64,000 nt of DNA. It comes from Batkoa obscura. Lineage: Eukaryota. Both the position numbers and the translations under genes were made by a program. The stretch spans positions 620,001 to 684,000 of the forward strand of contig JASVEC010000024.1 in assembly GCA_030770535.1 (NCBI GenBank), in the 5' to 3' direction. Below the pieces are notes generated by a model, which did not search any database, was not told the origin of the DNA, and saw only the letters and a program-made list of their open reading frames with translations. Positions 27,080 to 38,824 of the stretch are shown here, one piece after another; the first letter of the stretch is position 1; each line of letters opens with the position of its first letter.

Positions 27080-27855
27080 TTAAAAAAGAATGTTTTTTAT
27101 AACATAGAATGCTAAATAAACTTTCAAAAAATAAATCAAAGCTAAGGCAAAAATGCTGAATAGATAATTTTTTTTCTGTAAAATATAAGCTTTGTATAAT
27201 TTTTGTACTTAACATAGTCGAGTTTCATTTCTAATGCTTTCTATTTAAGTGATATTTCTTTTACTTTTAAAACAACCCTAGGATATCTAAACATGTTAAC
27301 AGTTGTATATTAAAAAATGATAAACTTTATTAATATTTTATTTCATAGTTATAGTTAAAATAGATTGAGAACGGTATAATCTAGACTTTGAATAATTCTA
27401 GTTAAATCAAACTCTCATATGTCAGTAAAAAATTTGAAATTTGGCTTGTATTAGTTTTAAAAGTAAAATAAGAGTTATAATTAAAATTCAATAAGAGTAA
27501 AGTTTTTCGTTATAATGAATATAATTGTTAAACCTGGTATCAACTTAATATATCTTAATTCAATATTCAATCATTCAATCATTCAATCATTCAATATAAT
27601 GTTTCACTTACTAGAATTATAAACAACAGCTACTATTTAATATTATGACACGTTAATCTGCTTGTGGCTAATCCCTATAAGAAAATTTCACCAATGATAT
27701 TAATTGTATATTGCGTTAGTAAAAAATGATTGATGGCATTAACCCCATGACAAGAAAGCAAATGAAGCCTATTTAAATAACGGAAATTATACATTTATTT
27801 AATTGAAACTTTCACTCCTTACTTTTAATTTAAAACAATCTATTAATATAACACA

Positions 27856-29835
27856 ATGGAAATAACTGACAACTATTCACAAAAAAAGGATGGTAAGATA
27901 ATAACTTGTTAAATTTAAATCTTTTTATACCCTATTTTAGACTTAGTGGAAGGCATTTCAAAACTTAATATTGACTCAAGTAATAAACACACCCCTTCTC
28001 CTTTAGAATTACAAGAAGGAAGTCGCAATACTTTTTTTCCTAACTCTGACTTTTATATAGAAGCTGATCAACATTCACCAATAAAGACTCAGGCTCAAAC
28101 TCCAAGTCCAATCTCCCGTCCTTTACCAACTCCTAAAAGTAAAAGTAAAACATTACCTAGGGAAAATACAAGCCAAAAACCATCAAATCGTAGTATGGTT
28201 AGTACCCAAACTACGGATAATGACCTCACATCGACAGGTAGTGGGAGTCATATATCTAAAGAGGATTCATATGGAGATAATGTACTTCATCATTCAAATA
28301 GTGACAACTTAAATTATTCAAAACCCAACACAAGTAAAGATATTAATGTGATAAACACTCGCTCTTACGATAATTTAAATCAAAATAATAATGAAATTGG
28401 CAGATCTGAAAGATCAAATAATATACTCAATCCACAAAGAAGTCATACTCAACCATCATTTCCTAGCGGCCCAAGCGATAACTATCATAGTTCACATCCT
28501 TCTAGAGCTTCAACGATGAACGAAAGCCAGACCAGTGGAGGTTATTCAAGAAGTGACAGTGAATCAAGATCAATGTACTATGATCAAAGCCGAACGGAGA
28601 ATTCAAGGCAAGGTGATAGAGGTATGGATGACTATCCATCTCGAAATAGTACAAGTTCAGGATATCCACAAATCAATCCAACGTCGCCCCAAACTGAGCA
28701 AAAGTCTGAGATTCCAACTAAAGAAGCATTGGAAACTTATCGTCAAAATGCTAAGAAAAGTCATGATCCAGAAGTTCAATTAGACTTTGCCAAATATTTG
28801 ATTGAAACAGCTGCTTTAGTACTTGAAAATCAAGATGATGCTATTGATCCCCAAACGGCTCGTAAACTTCATGATTCTTTAATAACTGAGGCTTTAAAAT
28901 GGATAAAGAGGCTATCAAGTCAAGGTATCGGATTAGGCAAAGGAGCCTATCCAGAAGCACAATTTTTTTTAGCTAACTGTTATAATAACGGCTCTTTAGG
29001 ACTCTCTGTTGATCATGATAAAGCATTTAATCTCTATGTCCAAGCTTCAAAACAAAATCATCCAGCTGCTACCTATCGTACTGGAGTTTGTTATGAATTT
29101 GGGGCAGGAACAAAGCGTGATCATCATCGATCTTTACAATTTTTCAGAAAAGCTGCAGCACTTGGTGATACAGCTGCTATGTTCAAAGTTGGGATGGTTC
29201 TTCTTAAAGGAGGATTAGGTCAACAGCCTAATCCTAGAGAAGGAATTACTTGGCTTAAAAGAGCTGCTGCTGCTGCCGATGAAGAAAATCCCCATGCTCT
29301 TCATGAACTTGCATCATGTTATGAAAAAGGTGGAATTCCTTCTATTATAGCTGATCCATCATATTCTAGAGAGTTATATACTCAAGCAGCACAATTGGGG
29401 TATGCTCATTCTCAATTTAAGCTTGGTGTTTGTTATGAACAAGGACTGTTAACATGCCCAATTGACCCTAGAAGATCGATTGCTTGGTTTACGCGTGGGG
29501 CAGAGCAAGGGGATCCGGAATGTGAGCTTGCGTTATCTGGATGGTATTTAACTGGATCTGAAGGTGTTTTAAAACAATCTGATACTGAAGCTTACCTTTG
29601 GGCGAGAAAAGCTGCTGATAAAGGGTTAGCAAAAGCAGAATATGCAGTTGGATATTATTCAGAAGTTGGAATTGGGGTGCGTCAAGACCTTGAAGAAGCA
29701 CGACGTTGGTACATGCGCGCAGCGGCACAAGGAAATAAAAGAGCAATGCAAAGATTATCTGAGCTTAAAAAAACAGGATCAACTAGAAAGGGGGGACCTA
29801 AATCAAAGGAGGAAGCAGGATGCAATATAGCATAA
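27856..29835 (+). CDS. SKT5: Chitin synthase activator Skt5/Chs4-like (SEL1 repeats, CaaX)
   Basis: Short exon 1 then intron at 27893; SEL1 repeats, LSGWYLTGSEGVLKQSDTEAYLWARKAA, C-terminal CNIA. Confidence 0.92.
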
Positions 29836-30159
29836 GGGTATCAATAAGAATATGTAAGTCTATATCAATACAATGATAAAAATTTATTGATAATATTATT
29901 AGCTATCTTCTGGAAGATCAAATTAAATCGTATCAGTTACAAAAGTTGGCATAGTAAACTAGCTTGCATATTGCGTTACATTTAACTTTAATTTTAGTCT
30001 TAATTTTATTTTTATAAACAACTAATTTATTTAACTTTTTTACAATAAAGTTAGTAATTATCGCAATGCTCTGATTAATAATTTTAGTTTATATATTTAT
30101 TAATAAATAATATATACTATTTAAAAGAAATACAGGACTTTCATCATAAATAAATATAT

Positions 30160-30255
30160 GGGGATGTTTTTTTAGCTTCATTACTTTTTCCATTTTTTAA
30201 GTGCTATTTGAGTGGAAAAGTTATCAGCAAAATTCTTAAACAAAAATACATCCTC
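30160..30255 (+). mobile_element. MITE copy with ATAT on both sides
   Basis: atat|ggggatgt...acatcctc|atat. Confidence 0.9.
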
Positions 30256-30409
30256 ATATTGTATAATAGTTGAATCTCTAATTACTTATAATGAGATATA
30301 TTTTGGTTTCATTTATCTGTCGATTTTTAAGGGCTATCTGAGTGGAAAAATCGCTAATTAGATTTACAAATGTGAGATGTAGATTTTATTGTATTCAAAT
30401 TTTGTATAT

Positions 30410-30506
30410 GAAGATGTATTTTGTATTTAAAAACTTTACTAGCGATTTTTCTGCTCAAACAGGGCTTAAAAATGGAAAAAGGTAATGAAACCAAAAAAAC
30501 ATCCCC
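30410..30506 (-). mobile_element. MITE copy with ATAT on both sides
   Basis: atat|gaagatgt...acatcccc|atat. Confidence 0.85.
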
Positions 30507-30625
30507 ATATGTAGACAAATTTAATACATAAAAGAATAACATAATGATATTAGTACAAAAATTTAAATAAATAGATAACATATTTTAATAAGGTTAGAAT
30601 AGATAGTGTTTTATTTTTTTGACAC

Positions 30626-31639
30626 TTACTTACGAGCAGCAGCATCACGGGCAATAGCAGCAAGCTTCTTACGAGTAGCAGCTTGAGATTTAACACCCAT
30701 AACACCTCCACCCCAGGTACGACGAGCTTCATCGAATTTGTTGAGGTAGTTAGCATTAACGGCTTCAATTAAAGAAGCAAAGGCAGCTTTATCAGCTTCC
30801 TTGATATCAGTGATAGCAAGAGCAGTAGCAGTCTTTTGATGTACTACAGTACCAAGACGAGATTTGTCTTTAACAATGCAGTATGGGACACCCATCTTAC
30901 GGCAAAGAGCTGGAAGCCATACAACTAACTAATAAAAAGAATGAGTTTCATAAGCCTCTATAAGGGGAATTTTTTAAGTTATCAACCAGCTCCATTGAGT
31001 CGGTTCTATTTAATAGAACGAATGAGCTCAATATCATCACCAGGATTTCATAGGGTCATTGAGGCTTTGAAAATAACAGATGATAAAATTTAACTTACCT
31101 CAATTGGGTCAACATCATGAGCAATGACAACAAGTTGAGCTTTTTTGCTTTCAATTAAAGCAGTGATATGGTTTAAACCAAATTTGACAAAATATGGCTT
31201 TTCGCTGGCTGGCTTGTTACCAGTTTCAGCTACAGATTTAGCAATAGCTTCAAGACGTTCTTTCTTTTCAATACGAGTTTCTGGACGGTATTTGTTTAAA
31301 AGAGTGAAAAGATTGACAACAGTGTTACGGTCTAAAGTTTTGGTGAATTGGTTGATGGATGGTGGTACCTTAACACGGAGCTTAAGGATTTTACGTTGAC
31401 GTTGTAAACGAACGTATTGTGGCCATTTGACAAAACGAGTTAAATCACGTTTTGGTTGGATATCATTACCAATAGAGTAGTTCTTTTGTTTTTGTTCGAA
31501 AAGTGGGTTAGCAGTTTGCTTTTTGTCAGCAACTTTGACGATGCTTGGAGCTGGAGCAACTTTCTTCTTGTTCTTTTGTGGAGCCTTTACATATGTTAGA
31601 CTCTTTGTTTCTAAGGGTTGCAAATGTTGAACTTACCAT
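30626..31639 (-). CDS. RPL8: 60S ribosomal protein eL8 (L7A), ATG-only exon 1, introns after ATG and at 30929-31098
   Basis: [47 protein letters not shown]; strong codon bias. Confidence 0.97.
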
Positions 31640-32994
31640 TTTATCTTATTAAATTACCGATGGATGCACTAAAAAGTGTACAATGTCTTTAGACTGGTAA
31701 AAGGAAAGGACTACTCTTGGTTTTTTAAGTTTATAACTCAAACTTTTGATCCAAGTTTTGCAATTAGAATTTTCGAAAATGCAAATGATTTGAATTTGAA
31801 GCTTAAAAATTGGATATTAAGATTTTCAATTATAATAATTTCAATACAAGATTCTTTATTATGTTTCTAATCATAGTCGTATCAAGTCCCGATTGACATA
31901 AAAATAAATGAAAAATCCGTTATATTGATCAACTTTAGCATTTAATACTCTAAAATCTTAGTTTATAAATAAATATAAAAATTGATTTAAACTTACTGAT
32001 ATAGCTACTATGTTTTGAACATATTATTTAATTGATAATATTCATACTATTATTCAATACTTTTTAATTTGTGTATTTGAAACATAAGCTCATTACTAAC
32101 ATTTAAAAGAAATAGACAATTTAGTTAGGAATTTTAAACATTAAGCTTATTCATAGTTTAATTGTTTTATTTGTGTAGTTTTTATAATTTATATTATATA
32201 AATAAAGCCTGTAAGTAATTATAAGAAATAATAACATCAATTTTAAAATCATCGAATCTTTTATCTTTACAGATTATGAGGAGTGTTTTAAAACAAAACA
32301 AAAGGAAAGGAGGAAACTATAAAACGAATCGTTAAAGTAAGGGATGAAAAAGAAAAAGATAACAAAAAGAGAAGGAAGCCCGAAAAAGAACAGAAAGGTC
32401 ATGGACAAAAGATAAGGTAGTAGTTCACAATCTTCATTTTACAGTTAAACAAAATATTGACAAGTAATTTCTCATCTTTAGGAAAGATTTCTAATTTTTA
32501 AGAGGTTAAAAAAAATTTCTTAAAAATGTGAGTTCTTCGTTCTTTCACTGCAATATCTATAGGCAATAAAGAGCTTAAAGAGTTGTAGTTGAGCTTGTCA
32601 GAACGTTTGCAGATAATCCACACTACTATGCTAGCAATAAAAAGTAAGGTTCCTGGTGAGACTAAAGGAAACAATTATTCAACAAATGGCAATAAAATTA
32701 GAGAAACATTACTTCTAACTATTAAATTTTGAATAAAATTTTAAACTAAATATCCTAAAAACAGTTAATATAGTAAAATCAAAAAAGGTACTCTTAAGTT
32801 TATTTTAGTTGATACATAAAGTAATAAAGTAACAAAGTAAAAAACTAAAAATAAATAAATTTCAACTTATTAAAAATATGGCCATATTTTTATTGACATG
32901 TATGAAAAATAAAACAATGAGAGTGTTAATATTTTTTAAATAAAACTTAAATTTTAGAGTGCTTGTTATGACTATCCCATCGAAGTTCACTAAT

Positions 32995-34005
32995 TTATCC
33001 CCTTTTAAAAACGTCATCAAGCAAGAACTTAATCCCTTCTGCTATTTTTCGATTAGCTCGGATGATAACAAAAGGCGTAATAAAGCAGCTTATGGAATAT
33101 AATAAAGTATAAATACATTGAGTCCAAATTGGTGCTTCAGTCTGGGTTATGTTTTCATATAATACAAAGCAGATAAAAGGTACATGGGTACAGGTGTATA
33201 CAATAGTAGCTGGTAGAAACTTCTTTAAAATGGCTTTTTCAGAGGCGCTTGCTACTCTTTGTGGGCGTGACTCATTGATACAAGGTATCTTTGAGTTACT
33301 TGACTCAACATCTGATAGTTGAGTTGGTTCCGACCGTTCAGTTGTACGTTTAATTGAAGTGTTAAGGGTAGAAGAATTGAAAGTTGATTTTAATAAATCA
33401 CTGAATTTAAGGATGATCATGAATGCGAAAAAAGCATGTGTTATACCACCAAGCATCATGATACAAATGTATAATATAGTTACCACCAGAGATAGTGAAT
33501 CATGAGAAGTATAAGGTATAGTCACTATCAAAGCACTTGAATGTGGTAAAAATGCATTTAGCATAGCAACTGGTATTAACAATACTATGCATACAGCCCA
33601 ATACATGAATAAAATGCCGAACCAGTATGTAGGCTCTATATTTCTTTCTAAAGCAATTAACCAGAAGTAATAAGAGTATCTCATACCAACTGAAAAAGGA
33701 AAGGTCAATAAAGCTAAATTAAATGAAAAGCCAAGTAATTGATATAACCAGATTGGAAGCTGACTATGGTCGTTTGTAACCCATAGTATTGATAGGCCAA
33801 TGGTTGATACTGAATACATCAAAACAGGTAGCATCATATGAGCAATTAATACATTGCCAACTGTGTCTCTTGAAAACATACGATCCCTTAACAAAACAAA
33901 AGTAACTAACATCATTGGAAAAAGGCTCAATGTGCAAAAAATAATATTTATTATATGAAATACATGAAGCAGTGTATGTTCGGCATTATTTCCACTCAAA
34001 TACAT
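32995..34005 (-). CDS. Seven-transmembrane GPCR-like protein, copy 1
   Basis: Seven hydrophobic segments, MRY at end of TM3, long third inner loop, Pro in TM6 and TM7. Confidence 0.75.
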   Translation of the reverse strand: MYLSGNNAEHTLLHVFHIINIIFCTLSLFPMMLVTFVLLRDRMFSRDTVGNVLIAHMMLPVLMYSVSTIGLSILWVTNDHSQLPIWLYQLLGFSFNLALLTFPFSVGMRYSYYFWLIALERNIEPTYWFGILFMYWAVCIVLLIPVAMLNAFLPHSSALIVTIPYTSHDSLSLVVTILYICIMMLGGITHAFFAFMIILKFSDLLKSTFNSSTLNTSIKRTTERSEPTQLSDVESSNSKIPCINESRPQRVASASEKAILKKFLPATIVYTCTHVPFICFVLYENITQTEAPIWTQCIYTLLYSISCFITPFVIIRANRKIAEGIKFLLDDVFKRG

Positions 34006-35106
34006 TTTAAATTGTAAATAGTAAGATTAAAAGTAAAATTTGGTTGCTTTACTCTGATTTCGTTAATTCATAGCTTCTATTTATATATTATTTTCAAACC
34101 CATATTTAGGTATTGGTTTGTTTTTAAAACCTCTCTTATTTTGAATCATAACAATTTGTATTAATTTTATTCCAAATTGGTTTATCATTAAGTAAAAGTT
34201 TATTCTTTAAAAGTTTGTAAAAATGAACAATAGTTTAAATTGGCAGAACAAACTATTTGCTTCTTGTAACTTATCCTAATGGACTAAATATACTATTAGG
34301 AAAAATATTTATAGTAGCGTCAAACATTGTATTTTTTTATATAACCATAAGTTATAGAATATTAAAGATCCATATTAAATATATCACATTGCATAATAAA
34401 AATTAGTTACATTATAGGTAAATAGATTTGTGTCAACTTCTTAATTAAGGCTTAGAAATAAAAAACAAAGCGGGCATATGGATCTTTATTAAGGTGCTTT
34501 TCTCTAGCTATATCAAAAAAGTCATTTTTCTATTCATTGAATTTAATCTAAGATTTTAGAATTTAAAATCAGAATTTTATATTTTCATTCTTATCGCAAA
34601 AAGATATATGAATTATAAAATAAGTGCAATGCGCAATTATTTTATTAATGCTAATATAGTATTACAATCCTATTAATATTTCACTGTCAATTAGCTTATT
34701 TAAATGAATTATTAACACTATCAAACTTTAATGAATAGGCAATCCACTTATTTAATTTACTCTAAGATCATAGTAAAGTAGTGAGAAAAATAGACTTACC
34801 AATCCTCTAGTTCCTGACACCTTAGCGTTTAGTCAAAGTATACACAATGCTATCGAATGGGTATGATGATTATATTAAGTTAAAAAAATAAGTTAGATTT
34901 TCAAAACATGCATTAAATAAATAATAACATAAAATTTGATTTATTGACTTTGATTAAAGCAACAAAATAAAGTGAAATAAAATAAAATAACTTTTATTTG
35001 AAGCTTATCTGGATTAATATTGTTAAACACTTACACTTGAATAATGTTTAGGCATAACTTTTTTAATGTATAGAAATCAAATCAATATTGAAAATTTAAA
35101 CCTTGT

Positions 35107-35203
35107 GTGGATGTTTTTTTTGATTTCATCACCTTTTCTGTTTCTTAATTGCTATTTAAGTGGAAAAATTGAGTAAAATTCTTAAACAAAAAAGTACATC
35201 CCC
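35107..35203 (+). mobile_element. MITE copy
   Basis: ggatgttttt...gtacatcccc|atat. Confidence 0.8.
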
Positions 35204-35695
35204 ATATGCTAATTTATTTAAAACTAGATTGATAAATGCCATTGAATATATCATTAGAAAATTATTATTGCTTATTAACATCATTCATAAAATTGGGTTG
35301 TAATCCTTATTGTTTTTTATGCTTAAGACTATGTTTTAATCTAAACTAGTGATTATTAATTTGAATTTACTATAATGTTTTCAATGACCTGTTATAGTGC
35401 TTTAAATATTTTGTATTGATCAAATTAAAGTCGTATAATTCTAGTTCAATTATCCTTACCTTTAAATTAAAGAATTTACAAATATATAAACATTAAAATA
35501 CTCATATATTAATTGAAGTTAATATTTTTAGTGGTGAATAAAATTAAGTATATTTTGACCACTTTGTTTTAATTAGTACATTAAAAAAGTAAAGAGTAAG
35601 GGTGGGAATTAATTATAGTTTATTAAATGTGTATTCATATGCATGTTAACAAATATAGGAGATGAAATGATAAAAGTGTTGATGTTTTATAATAC

Positions 35696-36745
35696 TTATG
35701 CTTTGGTCATCCTAACTTGAAATTCATTATTTTTTCCCCCACACCTAAAGATTTCACTAAACAAAAATCTGATATCTTTTGCTATTTTTCGATTAGCTCG
35801 AATAATAACAATAGGTACAACAAAACAGCTTATGGAAGAGAATAAGGTATAGGCACTCTGAACCCAAACTGGAGCTTCTCTTTCGGCTATATTTTCATAT
35901 AACACAAAGCAGATAAAAGGTGCATAGGTACATGCGTACAAAATAGTAGCTGGTAGAAACTTCTTTAAAATGGCTTTTTCAGAGGCGCTTGCTACTCTTT
36001 GTGGGCGTGACTTGTTGATACAAGGTGCCTTTGAATTACTCGATTCAATGTCCGACAGTTGTATTGGTTCTATTTGCTCAATCGTATTTTTAGCTGAAGT
36101 ATCGAGAACTGTAGGATCCAAAGTTGATTCTAATAAATTACTAAACTTAAGAAAGATCATGAATGCAAAAAATGTATGCATTATACCACCAAGGGCCATG
36201 ACAACAATGAACAAAATGGTCATTATTAGTGATAATGGATCATGAGAAGTATAAGGTATAGTCACTATTAAAAAATTTGAATGGGGTGAAAACCTATTTA
36301 AGATAGCAACTGGCATTAATAATACTATGCATGTAGCCCAATAAATAAATAAGACATTAAACCAGTATATAGGTTTTATTTCCCTTTCTAAAGCAACTAA
36401 CCAAAAATAATAAGAATATCTCATACCAACTGAAAAAGGAAAAGTCAATAAAGCTAGATTAAATAAAAAGCCAAATAGTTGATATAATTGGATTTTAAGT
36501 CGATTATGGTCATTCATAATCCACAATATTGATAGAGCAATGGTTGATACTGAATATATCAAAACAGGTAGCATCATATGAACAATTAGTATATTCCCAA
36601 ATCTATCTTTTGCGACCTTACGATTTCTTAATAAAACAATAACAATTACAATCATTGGAAAAAGGGACAGTGCACAAAAGATAACATTTACTATATGAAA
36701 TACATGAAGCAGTGTATGTTCGGTGCTATTTTCACTCAAGTACAT
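35696..36745 (-). CDS. Seven-transmembrane GPCR-like protein, copy 2 (tandem paralog)
   Basis: Colinear with 32995..34005; upstream non-coding DNA is also homologous. Confidence 0.75.
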   Translation of the reverse strand: MYLSENSTEHTLLHVFHIVNVIFCALSLFPMIVIVIVLLRNRKVAKDRFGNILIVHMMLPVLIYSVSTIALSILWIMNDHNRLKIQLYQLFGFLFNLALLTFPFSVGMRYSYYFWLVALEREIKPIYWFNVLFIYWATCIVLLMPVAILNRFSPHSNFLIVTIPYTSHDPLSLIMTILFIVVMALGGIMHTFFAFMIFLKFSNLLESTLDPTVLDTSAKNTIEQIEPIQLSDIESSNSKAPCINKSRPQRVASASEKAILKKFLPATILYACTYAPFICFVLYENIAEREAPVWVQSAYTLFSSISCFVVPIVIIRANRKIAKDIRFLFSEIFRCGGKNNEFQVRMTKA

Positions 36746-37436
36746 TAAGATTATAGATCGTAAAAGTAAAGTTTGATTTTATCTCGTTTATCTGTATTTG
36801 TTATTTATATGTCATTTTCAAACACATCTCTAGATGTTACTTTACTCTGTAAAACCTCTCTTATTCTAAAATATAAACCAATCTATATTATTTACCCCAA
36901 ATTGGTTTACTAAATAAATTTTTATTTTTCAAGTTGAAAAATATGTGAAATAGCTTAAAGATTATAAATTAGTGAATTCGTTATTGCCAGCTTTAATAAG
37001 CTAAGTATACTATTATAAATAGTATTTATAGTAGCTTTGGTTACTTTGTATTTTCTTGTTACAGAACATTGTTATATTTTAATTCTATCTCAATGTCAAT
37101 ATTACTTGATAAAAATTAACTACATTATGAGTTAAATTAATTTATTATAATAAAACCCTTAACTAAAGCTTGAAATCAAAATAATGATATGTATCAGATA
37201 TTTTTATTATCGAGTATGTTTATGGCTGTGCATTGAAAAATCTCTTTTTATTCACCAAATTTGACTTTAAGACTTAATACTTTATAATAAGAGTTCCACC
37301 TTTTTTATTATAAAATAATAAAATAAATAGAATTCGTTATTATTTTGCTATTATTACAATTATACCAATATGTTACTGTAAATTACCATATTAAAATGAA
37401 TTATTTTGAAACGATTTTAAGCTTTGACAAATATAT

Positions 37437-37538
37437 GGGGGATGTGTATTTTTATGTTTAAGAATTTTACTAACAATCTTTCTGGTCAAATAGCGCTTAA
37501 AGAAATGGAAAAAGTGATGAAGCCAAAAAAACGCCCCC
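37437..37538 (-). mobile_element. MITE copy with ATAT on both sides
   Basis: atat|gggggatgt...acgccccc|atat. Confidence 0.88.
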
Positions 37539-38073
37539 ATATGACCCACTTTTTTATTTTAAGCTCTAATATAGTAAGACAACGATATGCTTACTATTTC
37601 GAACCTTTGTTACTTTAATATTTAGTCAATATATATTTAGTAAAATTCATAGTACGGCAGCATTTATATTTAAATTAAAAAGGATCCTCCATTAAATTTT
37701 GAGACATTTATTAATTTTATAAAAATAACGGTAATTCTAATAGATTGGTCTAACTAAATAAAACACATCTACAAATAGACAATAACTGATATTGAATAAA
37801 ACTTGATTTATAGACATTAGTACAATTTTTACTTAAAATCGATGCTTTAAAGTACAAACTGATTTTAATAATTATTTTGAATGCCTTAATACAAACCCCA
37901 GCTCATACTCCTCTTTTCTAGATATTTTTTGGAGTTTCCAAGATAAAGGGTTCTTTAGAGTTTGTAGGCTTATTAGAGACAAATCCTCTCAGCTTTTACC
38001 ACTAAAACCAAGTAAGATGAACCAGAAAAAGTTGCATTGTGTTTTAATGTTCATATTATATGCAATCAATAAT

Positions 38074-38170
38074 GGGGATAGTTTTTTGATTTCATTACTT
38101 TTTCCACCTTTTAAGCGCTATTTGAGCGGAAAAGTTGTTAGTAAGATTCTTAAATACAAAAATACATCCC
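38074..38170 (+). mobile_element. MITE copy
   Basis: ggggatagttttt...aatacatccc. Confidence 0.82.
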
Positions 38171-38664
38171 TAATAGTAAATATTAAACTACATCCTAATT
38201 TGTTTGTAAATTGGTTTTTGAGACCAGAAAATAGATTTGTAAAAGCTCATTATTAAGCATCAAATAACACAAATTAAAATGTCCTTATTAATTATTAGTA
38301 TGATTTATAATATTTGATAATTAATTATTGTTTCCTTTACGCTTACAGTTATTTTTAAATTTAAAAGAGCATATGGGGTTGTCTGAATTAGTTTCATTAT
38401 TTTATCCAATTTTAAAAAAATTTGTATTTTAAAAACTTCGCTTAAAATTCTATAAAATCACATCTTTTATTAAAACAAAAGTACCCAAACACAGTTCTAA
38501 ACCATTATATTATAGCTCATACTGTAAGTTAGTTGAATTTCTACTAGATCTTAAATACATGTTCTTATAAAGCTTAATTGAGAAATATTTATTATCAACT
38601 GCTTTATAACCAACATTGTAGATTTATTATCAAATAAATAAACTACTTTAATGTTATAATTACA

Positions 38665-38823
38665 TTATTAATATATTGCCAAGTTAATAAATAGCTGCAT
38701 GGGAGGGAGTGGTCAGCCCCAAAACTATAATTGACCATCCCTATATAGTACAAGTAATAATAGTTTTTACATATTATTACAGTTACTTGTTCTTTGACTA
38801 TTTATTAACTTAGCTATTAATAA
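38665..38823 (-). other. Multi-stem fold-back structure directly 3' of the transposase stop
   Basis: 9-bp and 18-bp closing stems plus two internal hairpins (see findings). Confidence 0.6.
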
Positions 38824-38824
38824 C

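Noticed and set aside
31030..31065. SECIS element (AUGA...AAA...UGA)
   Set aside because: Intronic, helix too short, and no in-frame UGA in the host gene
32450..32720. Possible third GPCR relic on the minus strand (hydrophobic run then IFKKFF)
   Set aside because: Similarity too short and weak to support by eye
38665..38823. Hammerhead ribozyme reading of the three-stem structure
   Set aside because: No CUGAnGA and GAAA core at the junction on either strand
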